Assembly: GCA_950097015.1 (NCBI GenBank)
Contig: CATNEN010000038.1
Location: 14,136,001-14,200,000, forward strand
DNA: 64,000 nucleotides
From: Macrostomum hystrix
Lineage: Eukaryota; Animalia; Platyhelminthes
Direction of reading: 5' to 3'
Shown: positions 11,301 through 23,793 of the stretch, one piece after another
Layout: each line of letters starts with the position of its first letter
How positions within the stretch are numbered: position 1 is the first letter of the stretch
Notes under the pieces: generated by a model
Told to the model about the DNA's origin: nothing
Seen by the model: the letters and a program-made list of their open reading frames with translations, nothing else
The model's database searches: none
Translations under genes and position numbers: made by a program

Positions 11301-14300
11301 TTCGACTCTGTCTAACAGGTTCGAGTCTGTCTAACAGGTTCGATTCTGTCTAACAGGTTCGAGTCTGTCTAACAGGTTCGACTCTCTGTCTAACAGGTTC
11401 GATTCTCTGTCTAACATGTTCGACTCTGTCTAACAGGTTCGACTCTCTGTCTAACAGGTTCGATTCTATCTAACAGGTTCGAATCTCTGTCAAAAATTTT
11501 CGACACTGTCTAACAGGTTTAACGCTGTCTAACAGGATAAACTATATCTGATATATTTTGCTAGACAGGCTAAGCACTTATATTTTACAAGATCGTTCAA
11601 CTGATTATTGTTACATTCATATTACGACACTTAAACTTGTAACAGACTGCAAGACAAGTTTGCAGCAAAATAAAAAACTAACAGCCATTGTACCGCATGC
11701 GTTATGCGCTTTAACATTGAATGAAATCCAAAGGCTTCCTGTATGACATTTAAAATTGGCAGACTTCCTTTCGCATTGTCTGCTATTACGCCTTTAAGAA
11801 GCTTGAAGCTCTTGACTCATCCAATGCAGGGCTCTGGCCAAGGTTTCAGGAAGGAAGTGATGTTCTCTGCTGTAGATAAGTAGGCCAGGTTTCTCGGGTC
11901 ACTAATGACACTGGCGTCTATGGATTAGCTATTGTAGTCTGCTTAATCGTCCAAAACACCCTTACTAATTTCTAATGGGTTCAAAAAGCAGAACTTTATG
12001 TTGGGTATACATTTTGGGGAATTTTTTATTTCGAACTACTCTACTTTTAGTAGAAGTATTAGAATATTATTCATTGTTTTCTTATTTTTCTCGCAACCGA
12101 CAGAATGGCAACGGCAGCCTTGGCGGCTCCTCGGGCGTGCATTATCCGTCTGGCCTGCCGCCGAATCTGTTCCCGCCCGGAGACTACGAGGTGGCTTCGG
12201 CGGATTCCGGGCACGGGGCTAGCGAAGAGGAGATGATGCACGCGGATCATAGGCGTGAGTATAATCAGTACTAACAGACTCTGTCTAACAGTTTCGGCTT
12301 TCTGTCTAACACTCTAACAGGTTCGATTCTCTATCTAACAGGTTCGAGTCTGTCTAACAGGTTCGAGTCTGTCTAACAGGTTCGATTCTCTGTCTAACAT
12401 GTTCGACTCTGTCTAACAGGTTCGAGTCTGTCTAACAGGTTCGATTCTCTGTCTAACATGTTCGACTCTGTCTAACAGGTTCGAGTCTGTCTAACAGGTT
12501 CGACTCTCTGTCTAAAAGGTTCGATTCTCTGTCTAACATGTTCGACTCTGTCTAACAGGTTCGAGTCTGTCTAACAGGTTCGACTCTCTATCTGACAGGT
12601 TCGATTCTCTGTCTAACATGTTCGACTCTCTGTCTAAAGGTTCGATTCTCTGTCTAACATGTTCGACTCTCTGTCTAACATGTTCGATTCTGTCTAACAG
12701 GTTCGATTCTGTCTAACAGGTTCGATTCTCTGTCTAACAGGTTCGATTCTGTCTAACAGGTTCGAGTCTGTCTAACAGGTTCGACTCTCTGTCTAACAGG
12801 TTCGATTCTCTATCTAACAGGTTCGACTCTGTCTAACAGGTTCGACTCTATGTCTAACAGGTTCGATTCTCTGTCTAACAGGTTCGAGTCTGTCTAAAAG
12901 GTTCGATTCTCTGTCTAACATGTTCGACTCTGTCTAACAGGTTCGAGTCTGTCTAACAGGTTCGAGTCTGTCTAACAGGTTAGACACTGACTCTAACAGG
13001 TTAGACACTGACTCTAACAGGTTAGACACTGACTCTAACAGGTTAGACACTGACTCTAACAGGTTAGACACTGACTCTAACAGGTTAGACACTGACTCTA
13101 ACAGGTTAGACACTGACTCTAACAGGTTAGACACTGACTCTAACAGGTTAGACACTGACTCTAACAGGTTAGACACTGACTCTAACAGGTTAGACACTGA
13201 CTCTAACAGGTTAGACACTGACTCTAACAGGTTAGACACTGACTCTAACAGGTTAGACACTGACTCTAACAGGTTAGACACTGACTCTAACAGGTTAGAA
13301 ACTGACTCTAACAGGTTAGACACTGACTCTAACAGGTTAGACACTGACTCTAACAGGTTAGACACTGACTCTAACAGGTTAGACACTGACTCTAACAGGT
13401 TAGACACTGACTGTAACAGGTTAGACACTGACTCTAACAGGTTAGACACTGACTCTAACAGGTTAGACACTGACTCTAACAGGTTAGACACTGACTCTAA
13501 CAGGTTAGACACTGACTGTAACAGGTTAGACACTGACTCTAACAGGTTAGACACTGACTCTAACAGGTTAGACACTGACTCTAACAGGTTAGACACTGAC
13601 TGTAACAGGTTAGACACTGACTCTAACAGGTTAGACACTGACTCTAACAGGTTAGACACTGACTGTAACAATGCTATATACGGACTTCTTTCAAACTGAT
13701 ACCGGAGACTAGAGTCCAGAATCAAACCAATATCGAGTCTTCACTCCATATCTTAATTTGGCTTTTGGAGGTGAGTGGCAGACCGGTCTGACGCGTTTGC
13801 CTCTCGCGCCAAGGTCCCTGAGCTCGATTCCGCGGCGAGGCCACATTTATTTGGGGGGCCTGTCGTGCAATTTAACGCCCTTGAGGGCCAACCTCCAAGG
13901 CACAGTGAAAGTGCACACTACCTGACGACGAGAAAGTCAGGGCAGATGTGCACACCTGTGTGAGTGCGTGTTTAGGAGTCAGCAAAATGGGTCAGAATTG
14001 CCTCCTCGCTGGCTGCAGGTCTAGTGTCACCAAATGATGTGCCATTGCCCGCAGTCCTCCAGCATTTATTACTATTCTTTCTTCCCCAATTTGCCTGTCC
14101 TCCTCCACCCCTGGATGCAGTGGCCATGTCTGAGCACCTGCGCTACGTGACCCTGCCTCCGAGTGGCAGCTCCGGCTACCAGCATCCGATGCGCCCCAGG
14201 TCTCCCAACATGCACTGCAACTGCATTGTCGAGGAGGACTTCGCAGCTGCCTCGGCTGCAGCCTGTGGTCACGAACACATACCAATGACACTGACTGGAC

Positions 14301-14623
14301 AATACAAGCAGCAGCAACAGCAGCAGCAGCAACGACATCGTCAGGCAGCATCGCCGTCTCCGTCTAATGCATCGCAGTCAGTCTACGGTCAGCCGGCTCT
14401 GATGCTGCAGAGCGAGCCGCAGTTTGGCTCTGTGAGGCTGCAGAATCAACAGCTTCACCTGCAGCAGCAGCAGCAGCAGCAGCAGCAATATCGATCGCTG
14501 TCTAGACCATCATCGGCAGCTAGTTCAAGAATCACAGCGGCAGTCGGGATTCCAATGCAGCAGCATCAGGTTCGGACGATAGGAAATATTCACCTGAAGG
14601 ACGCCAAATCCGCGGATGTCTGA
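2355..14623 (+). CDS. Protocadherin (delta-like: signal peptide, 7 cadherin repeats, TM, Gln-rich tail)
   Basis: Exons 2355-3443, 3741-3869, 3944-4891, 5393-6094, 12104-12254, 14121-14623 join in frame at GT-AG. DRE, DxD and DxNDNxP calcium motifs; TM WTLLLVVVVASSFLTLVLVIAIVLL; cytoplasmic DSGHGAS resembles the delta-protocadherin DSG motif; AATAAA near 14680. Extra small exons within 6095-12103 cannot be excluded. Confidence 0.88.
3545..3690 (+). mobile_element. Dispersed MITE-like family C, partial copy
   Basis: cgacgagaatcattgaatat...gttgaatatt...aaaaagaaaaatgtgggcatttgaaatac matches 39225-39365 (+) and 9075-9300 (-). Confidence 0.7.
4928..5342. repeat. 26-bp minisatellite (TGATCCTTCACCAACCCTGCATCAAC)n, protocadherin intron 3
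   Basis: About 16 near-identical units filling most of the intron. Confidence 0.95.
6095..6370. repeat. 14-bp minisatellite (GTCCTGAAGGTGGT)n starting at the exon 4 donor
   Basis: Degenerate copies begin at AG|GTATGTCCTGAAGGT and become homogeneous downstream. Confidence 0.93.
6760..8125. repeat. 1.35-kb polypyrimidine/polypurine satellite (CTCTCCTTCTCTCC variants, 15-18 bp units)
   Basis: Almost pure C/T on the + strand; gives the ERRRGREGEG pseudo-ORFs on the - strand. Confidence 0.95.
8918..9060. repeat. 22-bp tandem repeat (AAACTGAGGGGATAATATATTC)n
   Basis: About 6 units. Confidence 0.85.
9075..9300 (-). mobile_element. Dispersed MITE-like family C copy
   Basis: gtatttcaaatacccacat...aaaatattca...gatattcaacgattctcgtcg...ctggtggcaa is the reverse complement of blocks at 39210-39365 and 3545-3690. 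Confidence 0.7.
10855..11540. repeat. 19/21-bp minisatellite (TCTGTCTAACAGGTTCGAY)n
   Basis: About 34 units upstream of protocadherin exon 5. Confidence 0.95.
12270..13670. repeat. Same minisatellite downstream of exon 5, switching at about 12975 to a homogeneous 21-bp variant (CTAACAGGTTAGACACTGACT)n
   Basis: Abrupt unit switch is visible; source of the LESVSNL pseudo-ORF. Confidence 0.95.
13775..14077 (+). mobile_element. SINE family A, near full length
   Basis: A-box-like GTGGCAGACCGG, B-box-like gagctcgattcc, conserved body, tattact tail. Confidence 0.88.
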
Positions 14624-16186
14624 ATTTAGCTGACCCATTGCATCAACTTGCTGCGAAAGGATGCGCTAAAATGCTTTTAAATAAAATCACTTTCGCTCTC
14701 CTTACATTTTCCTGGCTTGCTACTGCTGAAATAGCGTTGTAGTAGTATAGTAGAGATGCGTTTTCTCAGTTTACTTTACAATTAGACGATAAGTTTATGA
14801 AAAAGCAAATGGGAAGCAAATAAAAAATGGGAGCATTGGGGGAGATGGAAGAATTAGTAAAACCTTACATAAACCCTACATACCTTGAGAAAGGTACCCT
14901 ACATCCGTTTGCACTTCATAGCAGGTGAAATAGAGAATTTGTTTCTAGTGGAATTCTTTTCATTTTGTACTTTTATAATTTGCTTGAATACTTGATTAGC
15001 TGCTTTATTTTTTCCACTCATATTGTAGTTGTATTAACTATGTACAAATAGACTGACTGACAGCCTGTACACATTTATTGAAACAATATCGCTCACTTCA
15101 TTGTCAATTCAGTGCAATCAGAATCTCGCAATAATGTTTACTTGAGCAAATGCAAAGCAACATGCATACCTCTGAAAAGCAAAGCATGAAAAGTCCTTAT
15201 TTGGTAAATTAGTTTACAGTTTTTTGCTTCTTGACTTTCTAATTATATCATCCGAAATTAATTTGGCAATTTACAGATTTATAATATCACGAAAATAGTG
15301 ATTTTGGATTGCTTTTACTTGCTTTTCGACAGTAGCTTGGTACAAACTTGCGTTTCGTAAAACTATTTTAAAATGAGTGTGAAATTCATATTTAACTAAA
15401 GCTTTTGATTTTTTATGATGATTATTATTGATTATGCTTACAAAAAACGCATACAGTACAGTTATTTATAAAAAGCAAATTGTGATTGTGATAAGAAACT
15501 GAAATATAGCGTTTTGTGTATAACAAACCTTTGTAGTTAAATAAACGTAATGTTTGGCTTGCCAAGCTTCATTTCATTTAAGTTTTTGCTAAATAAGCAA
15601 TTTGTTTAGAAATCTCTAATAGCTGATGAAGATGCATGAAGTTAATTAGAGGATAGTTTGCTAGCTCAAGTAATCGGTCTTATCAGACAAATAGAATGGA
15701 GTTAAATTTAATTCGACTAAACATGTTGAATTGAATTTAATGCAAAAAATATTAAATAAGCGCAGCGTACGCTATGACCTTTATTTAAATTTCAAATGTC
15801 GATGTACACTGTCTGCTTGTTAGTTCTGGCCGTTATTGGGTTTGGGGCTGGGGTTGTTTTTATGATAGGCCGGTCAGCGCCCCAAAACCCTCCAGAGCCC
15901 CAACACCCTCCCTCCAACTTCTCACTTAAAAATTTAAACTGAGGCGCGTCGTGTCTGGCTAGAATGCGGCCGAAGCTATCCAATAAAAACAAGCCTGGGA
16001 AACAAATCGATAAAGCACATCCACTGTCCCTCCCAGCCGACGGCAAACAAAAACACGACGCGTATTAAACGCGACAAAAACAGTTTCGTAGTCTAGTCGG
16101 TCCCGTCTTTTTCAGTTCAGGCAGGGCACTTTGCATTGAGGCATATACTGTCAAACTTCTAAGCTTTATCAAAGGTTGCAATAGAA

Positions 16187-19100
16187 ATGTCGAAGGCTAC
16201 TAATAGCTCGCTAAGCGAAATGATAACTAATTTAAATATACGAAAAATAAAGCTTCAAAAAGGCTTCAACTGCATGCATGAGGAGTCAGTTGCTCAGCAG
16301 CGAGTCTACACTACTGTTAGTCAGGATGCGCATAGTCCAAACCAGCTGCACGGAAACTCCGATGGTAGTTCCGGCGACGATTCTGGATTTGGCGCAGACG
16401 ATCTTGACTCGCCAACGTCAAAGAAGCCCGCCTGGCCTCCGGCATCCAACTTCGACTGCTTATGCCAGTACTGCGTCAACAGTTTGCGAAGCCACGTTGC
16501 AACTATGAGGCAGCTTCCGTACATTGTCAAGTCTGATAATCTGACAACAGCGTCTAGTGCATCCAACACCAAAAAGCAGCAAAATATCTTGCCACGTGTC
16601 TCCGCAGACGGGATCGGAGGAAATCGTACAGTAACATTCATTCGCCTGCCAGCAAACCCTAGTGCTAGCTGCTCTGTCATGCTATTATCGACTTCTCGAC
16701 TAGGCGTCAGCAATCTGCTAGCTAGTCTCCTTCAGCGGGTGCGCAATTCGGGTATAATTATGCAACAGTATCCCGTCTTTTACGAGTCCTCCTGTCACGC
16801 CGTGAACTACATGCGACAAGGCCAAAGGCAGCTGCAGCAGTTGCATGTCTCATCTACAACCGTCTATGCATCGAAGATTATCAACGGCCAGGAATGCTAC
16901 CGACCTACTTACTGCCTTGGCAAAGGCAATTTCGGTCAAGTGTACCTGTGCGAAGTGGAACGAATGGAGTCCACGGACAAGCGACCTGTACCGTTGGGTG
17001 TTTTTGCATTAAAAACTACCCAACGAATGAATACCTACAAGATGGAGCAGCTGGTGCATACGGTGAGTTATTCCAGTTACTCACAAATCAGATATTTCCC
17101 TCACAAACCCAAAACTTCCCTCACAAACCCAAAACTTCCCTCACAAATCCGAAACTTCACTAAGAAACCCGAAACTTCACTAAGAAACCCGAAACTTTCA
17201 CTCACAAACCCAAAACTTCCCTCACAAACCCAAAACTTCCCTCAGAAACCCAAAACTTCCCTCACAAATCCGAAACTTCACTAAGAAACCCGAAACTTCA
17301 CTAAGAAACCCGAAACTTCACTAAGAAACCCGAAACTTCACTCAGAAACCCGAAACTTCACTCAATCCCTCACAAATCCGAAACTTCACTAAGAAACCCG
17401 AAACTTCACTCAATCCCTCACAAATCCGAAACTTCACTAAGAAACCCGAAACTTCCCTCAGAAACCCGAAACTTCACTCACAAACCCAAAGCTTCCCTCA
17501 CAAACCCAAAACTTCCCTCACAAACCCAAAACTTCCCTCACAAACCCAAAACTTCCCTCACAAACCCAAAACTTCCTCACAAATCCGAAACTTCCCTCAC
17601 AAATCCGAAACTTCCCTCACAAATCCGAAACTTCACTAAGAAACCCGAAACTTCACTCACAAACTCAAAACTTCCCTCACAAACCCAAAACTTCACTAAG
17701 AAACCCGAAACTTCACTAAGAAACCCGAAACTTCACTCAGAAACCCGAAACTTCACTCACAAACCCAAAGCTTCCCTCACAAACCCAAAACTTCCCTCAC
17801 AAACCCAAAACTTCCCTCACAAACCCAAAACTTCCCTCACAAACCCAAAACTTCCTCACAAATCCGAAACTTCCCTCACAAATCCGAAACTTCCCTCACA
17901 AATCCGAAACTTCACTAAGAAACCCGAAACTTCACTCACAAACTCAAAACTTCCCTCACAAACCTAAAACTTCCCTCACAAATCCGAAACTTCACTAAGA
18001 AACCCGAAACTTCACTAAGAAACCCGAAACTTCACTCAGAAATCCGAAACTTCACTCAGAAATCCGAAACTTCACTAAGAAACCCGAAATTTCACTCACA
18101 AACCCAAAACTTCCCTTACAAACCCGAAACTTCACTCAATCCCTCACAAATCCGAAGCTTCACTAAGAAACCCGAAACTTCACTCAGAAACCCGAAACTT
18201 CACTCAGAAACCCGAAACTGCACTCACAAACCCGAAACTTCACTAAGAAACCCGAAACTTCACTAAGAAACCCGAAACTTCACTCAGAAACCCGAAACTT
18301 CACTCAATCCCTCACAAACCCGAAACTTCACTAAGAAACCCGAAACTTCTCTAACAAACCCGAAACTTCACTCACCAAGCCGGGTGCTCCACTATGCGAT
18401 CCAAAGCTTCAGCACCGAAGCAATATTCGTTAATTTGAACTCGTGCAGATTCTGCAGCGCGGTCACACTGAAGAATCCTACAAGAGCACCTTCCTGCTGT
18501 GGATGTCGGCGAGCTTGAAGATTGTTCAGTCTGGCCAGCTCACCGGCTGCCTATTGCTTGAGCTGGCCACTGGCGGCTCGTTGCAGGAGCTCATGGCTGG
18601 CCTGCACAGCGCCAGGCGCAGATTGGCTGAGCGCGAGGCCGCGTTCTACTTGGCTGAGACCGCCTGCGCCATCGACTATATGCACTCGCGCGGCTGCATT
18701 CACCTGGATATCAAGGTCTGAGCACATCCCGCTTTGTTTTATGAGCATTCTCTTGAATCACGAGTTTAGAGCTCAGAATTTACTGTCTAGAGTCTAGACA
18801 GTTGGGATCTAAGAATGGGGAGTTTATGTATGACGAGAGTTGGGATCTCAGAATGGGAGTTACTGTATATAGAGAGTTGGGATATCAGAATGGGAGTTAC
18901 TGTATATAGAGAGTTGGGATATCAGAATGGGAGTTACTGTATATAGAGAGTTGGGATATCAGAATGGGAGTTGCTGTATATAGAGAGTTGGGATATCAGA
19001 ATGGGGAGTTGCTGTATATAGAGAGTTGGGATATCAGAATGGGGAGTTACTGTATATAGAGAGTTGGGATATCAGAATGGGGAGTTACTGTATATAGAGA

Positions 19101-21380
19101 GTTGGGATCTCAGAATGGGAGTTACTGTATATAGACAGTTGGGATATCAGAATGGGAGTTACTGTATATAGAGAGTTGGGATCTCAGAATGGGGTCTCAG
19201 AACTCAACTTTTCAAACATCTGGAACCTGGACAGGCCGACAACATCCTACTCAGCGCATTGGGCCACGTTCGCCTAGCGGACTTCGGTCACTCCCTGCAG
19301 CTAGACAGGCATGGCCGGGCTCGTTGCCGACTGAATGCCGGCCTCAGCACCTACCACTTGCCCGCTGAGATTCTGCGCCGGCTGCCACTTGACGCTGAGG
19401 GCGTTGAGACTGGTGAGCATTCCTGCCTGTCGTCTCTTCAGCGTGATGTCTGAGCCCTCCTGCCTGTCGTCTCTTCAGCGTGATGTCTGAGCCCTCCTGC
19501 CTGTCGTCTCTTCAGCGTGATGTCTGAGCCCTCCTGCCTGTCGTCTCTTCAGCGTGATGTCTGAGCCCTCCTGCCTGTCGTCTCTTCAGTGTGATGTCTG
19601 AGCCCTCCAGCCTACCTGATCCTTCAGTGTGATGTCTGACCCCTCCAACCTACCTGATCCTTCAGCGTGATGTCTGAGCCCTCCAGCCTACCTGATCCTT
19701 CAGTGTGTTGTCTGAGCCCTCCAACCTAGCTGATCCATCAGCGTTATGTCTGACTTCTCCAACCTACCTGATCCTTCAGCGTGATGTCTGACCCCTCCAG
19801 CCTACCTGATCCTTCAGTGTGTTGTCTGAGCCCTCCAGCCTACCTGAATCTTCAGCGTGATGTCTGACCCCTCCAGCCTACCTGATCCTTCAGTGTGTTG
19901 TCTGAGCCCTCCAGCCTACCTGATCCTTCAGCGTGATGTCTGAGCCCTCCTGCCTACCTGATCCTTCAGTGTGTTGTCTGAGCCCTCCTGCCTACCTGAT
20001 CCTTCAGCGTGATGTCTGAGCCCTCCTGCCTACCTGATCCTTCAGTGTGTTGTCTGAGCCCTCCAGCCTAGCTGATCCTTCAGCGTGTTGTCCACACAAA
20101 TGCAATCCTGTCTATTGTCAGACCGCGTTGTCACAATTGCCACTGACTGGTTCAGTTACGGCTGCCTAGCTTACTGGCTTCTACACAACCTCTTCCCTAT
20201 GGTTCCGCCTAGCAACGTCAAAACAGCCGATGATTACGCTCATTACATGAAGTACGACGGATACGAGAAGCTAATTAGATCTTCCATGCTGGTGAGCGAA
20301 TCTTATTGGTTCATCTCTGGTACTCTCGCAACATATGCGGCGTTGAAAGCGCGTGTATCAGGATTATTGGCTTAGAAGCTAGTTGTTGTGTGGATCATTT
20401 TAAACCTGAGTTTCTAGGTTAAGATATAGATTTCCCAATAACTATCTGATTTTTCCAATGAATGCTGTATTTTTATTAGATGATTTTTTTATTATTAGAT
20501 AATAATTGCAGGAATGCTTTATTTAGTGACATCAGACCTGCAGCCAGCAAGGAGGCAATTCTGCCTATTTCGCTGACTCCTAAGCACACACGCACACAGA
20601 TGCCGTATGCAGGTACGCGCTTACGCAGGTGTGTACATCTGCCCTGATTTTCCCATCATCAGGCAGTGTTCACTTCACTGTGCCTTGGAGGTTGGCTCTC
20701 AAGGCCATAGATTATAAGACGAGCCCCCACGCCTTCTCTCCGCGGCTGCGCCCCAATTTAATGTGGCCTCGCCGCGGAATCGAGCTCAGGGACCTTGGTG
20801 CGAGAGATCTTAGTATTGGAAGGTGGGATCTTAGTATTAGGATGTGGGATCTTAGGATTGGAAGGTGGGATCTTAGTATTGGAAGGTAAGATCTTAGTAT
20901 TGGGACGAGGCATTTTAGTTTTGGGAGATGGGACTTTAGTATTAGGATGTGGGATCTTATGATTTGAAGGTGGGATTTTAGGATCGAAAGGTTCGATTTT
21001 CTGATTATACGCTTGCAAGATCACAAAGATTGGATCTCCGAATCAAGAGTTTGGATCTGTGCGAAAGAAGGGCCTAAATTTTATTCATTGGGACTTTAGA
21101 GTTTAGGAGATTCTTCAAAGCAGGATCGCAAATGTGAAAAGCCGGTACTAACCAGTCTGTGTTTACCTGACTGTGGCAGGGGAGCGCGGCCTATCGCCAG
21201 CTGGTGCTGGAGCTGCTGCACCCAATGCCGGGCTGCAGGCCCAGCAGCTTCAACGCGCTTCTGCTGCAACACGGCGACTTGTTCGTCAGCTGCCTGCCCG
21301 TCCCGATTCGCGCGGCAGAATTTCGTCGCCTAGTGGAGTCGTGCAGCCTGGTGCCGCCGTTTGTTCCCATGCCGATGTAA
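16187..21380 (+). CDS. Divergent AGC-like Ser/Thr protein kinase (non-RD)
   Basis: Exons 16187-17062, 18449-18715, 19235-19412, 20122-20291, 21180-21380 join in frame. Motifs LGKGNFGQV, FALK, alphaC Glu, HLDIK|ADNILL, DFG, LPAE, DWFSYG, and C-terminal PPFVP (AGC tail). Confidence 0.85.
17095..18375. repeat. 20-bp minisatellite (AAACCCGAAACTTCACTAAG / AAACCCAAAACTTCCCTCAC)n, kinase intron 1
   Basis: About 60 variant units. Confidence 0.95.
18800..19200. repeat. 37-38-bp minisatellite (GAGAGTTGGGATATCAGAATGGGAGTTACTGTATATA)n, kinase intron 2
   Basis: About 10 units. Confidence 0.95.
19415..20086. repeat. 37-bp minisatellite (TCTGAGCCCTCCWGCCT...CTTCAGYGTGWTG)n, kinase intron 3
   Basis: About 18 units in two subtypes; starts at the donor gtgagc. 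Confidence 0.95.
20495..20806 (-). mobile_element. SINE family A copy
   Basis: Reverse complement of the SINE-A body and head (ggaatcgagctcagggaccttgg). Confidence 0.88.
20805..20995. repeat. 21-bp degenerate repeat (GTGGGATCTTAGTATTGGAAG)n
   Basis: About 9 units abutting the SINE head. Confidence 0.85.
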
Positions 21381-23793
21381 ATTAGGGGATTTGTTGAACG
21401 AATCGAACTTTTCACTTATTATAGTTATTATTGCCGTTATACTTTTTTAATAAGCTCAAATTATGCCTCAGTACCCGACCATTTTTCTGTTTGTTCAACT
21501 GTTTAAAGTGAAAGTTTAATTTCTATTTTTACGTTGGTTTTGTTTTCAGATTCTATAGTTGTGTAAGGAAATCGTTTTCAGCGGCTAGACACAATTTAAG
21601 ATGTCTAGCTGTGCGCCTCATTTATTAAATTTAGTTTTTTTATATAAACTGGCCCACATGCTGTGTGAGCTAAACTGTAAAATTCTGTTTATTATTATGG
21701 TGCAACAAATTGATTTACTAGACCTTTTGTTTGCACATCATCCTTTTTTAAGTGAAGAATGAACTTCCTTTGTGCAATTCTCTTGCCTAATATTGCACAA
21801 AATTCGATTGATGAGTTGTCCATTGGTCCAAGTGCAATAATTTGAGGATTTTCACATCTCTTCTGCACGAACCTTCCAAGGCTTAATTTTAGTCGGACTC
21901 CAATTGGTTCTGACGAGGTCCGATAATATCTATTTTGACCATTTTGACGCACTTTGTATAATAGCCAACAGCATAAAACAGTTCGATTGTTTCCACTCCA
22001 ATGTATTCTTTGTTATTTTGTTAGTTTTAAAAAAGCATTTTCCCAATTGTTGCTGGTTAATTTTCAGCGAAAAATATTTTTCCTGCGCAATTCGCGCTCA
22101 TGCGCCTGCAATTGTGCTTGTACGAGGACTAGTTATATATAGATTAGTGAATATTGGGCTTCCTGTCCAGCTGTCTGTTGCTTGCATCATGGCAAGCAGT
22201 TGTGTTCTCGAGTCGGATTAATAAACTTTCATAAAAAAGAGTTTCATTCTTTTGTTCGTAATTTTGCGCATCAGCAAAACATTGACAATAGTTTTGTTGT
22301 GATACATGCAAAGTAACTGTCATCATCATGAGAATATATAGAACATCAAATAGCTTTAGGGTGACTAGTGATCATTGTTTACACAAAACTGTCAAAGCTA
22401 GAGTGAAACGTGACAAGAGTGAAACGCACATTAAATCTGTTTTAATAATTAGGACATCGCTTAGGAAAAAGCCTTCAAACACAAAAATGATCGTCGCGAG
22501 AAGACATTATAATTGTGCAAGTTGTCCGCCGAGCTCTAGTCGCCACGTTAAACGCTTAATAGCTTTATCCGGTTCTTCTGAGATACTGTACGCGAAAAGC
22601 GTAAAAAGTAAAAGCTTCTTTGCGAACTTAACGCGCGCAGTTTTAAAACCGCCGCTTTCATAGAAACACGAAGCCTTCTCGTCGTTACTCACAATTGTTC
22701 AACGCACGAAATATTGGCTTATAAAATATAGATCAGCAAGTATGTCATAAAGTTCGAGAAGTAATGTAGAAAATATTTATCTTAGCGAAAGAGATATCGA
22801 TATTTCAAAGACAAACTGTTCACTACTTCACAAAAATCGGTTTACTTTAATTTTTTAGATCACCACGATTCACAATAAATACTCTATTGAAGCAGTTTTA
22901 ATTTTTTACTCATTTAGGCATATCGGGTTTTATTTGTTCGTTTGATTTTTTATCCGTTCTTTAAGTCAACTTTCCGCTATATGCTAGGTCCTACTTACTC
23001 TAAGCAGACTTTTCTATATATATAGTAAAGTTCATATACGAGTATATATATAGTAAAGTCCATATATATATATAGTAAAGTTCTTGTAAGTAAAGTAAAT
23101 TAAATAATAAAGTCAACACTTTTTGATTCAGCAATAGGAATAATTGATTAATTTAGAAATAATTTTTATCAAGTTAGAAAAACTTAAAGGTATATTTTAA
23201 TATGTATATAAAAAATCTAAACATTAGCAGTTACATTTTCTTTAGCAATAAAAGAATGTCTAGATAACTTTAACGAATAAGTTTGCTGCTCTAGCTGTAG
23301 TTAACAAATTTCAAGTTTTATGCATTTGAGAAAAGTGGCTTTGTTTATATTCATTTTATATGCATTCAAAATATGAATGATTGATTGAGTTCTCAATAAT
23401 ATTAATAGGCATGTCAAATAACTTAGAAAAAATGTAGCTGTTGTTCGAATTAGACTTATATTGAAGCTATATATTCAATTGTTTTTTAATATAAGAAGTA
23501 TATTATCCCAGTTTTTAACTAGATTATTATAGATGAAATATGATAAGAGCTTACAAATTATTTTATAAAGTTTGTCAAGGACTCAAGAGAGCCTAGAAAT
23601 TAGGATTTTTTTATAGATAGCTTTTTTCCCACTGTCAACTCAGGACTTTAGTATGGAAAAATGGCTACTTGTAGGACTCAATTAGATGGCTGATTTAGAC
23701 TTATTTGGACATGCTTTTATGTTAATATATATTTTCCGAAACTTTACAGTCTAAAAAGTTGCAGTTATCGTCAATATTGTATCCACATTAGTC

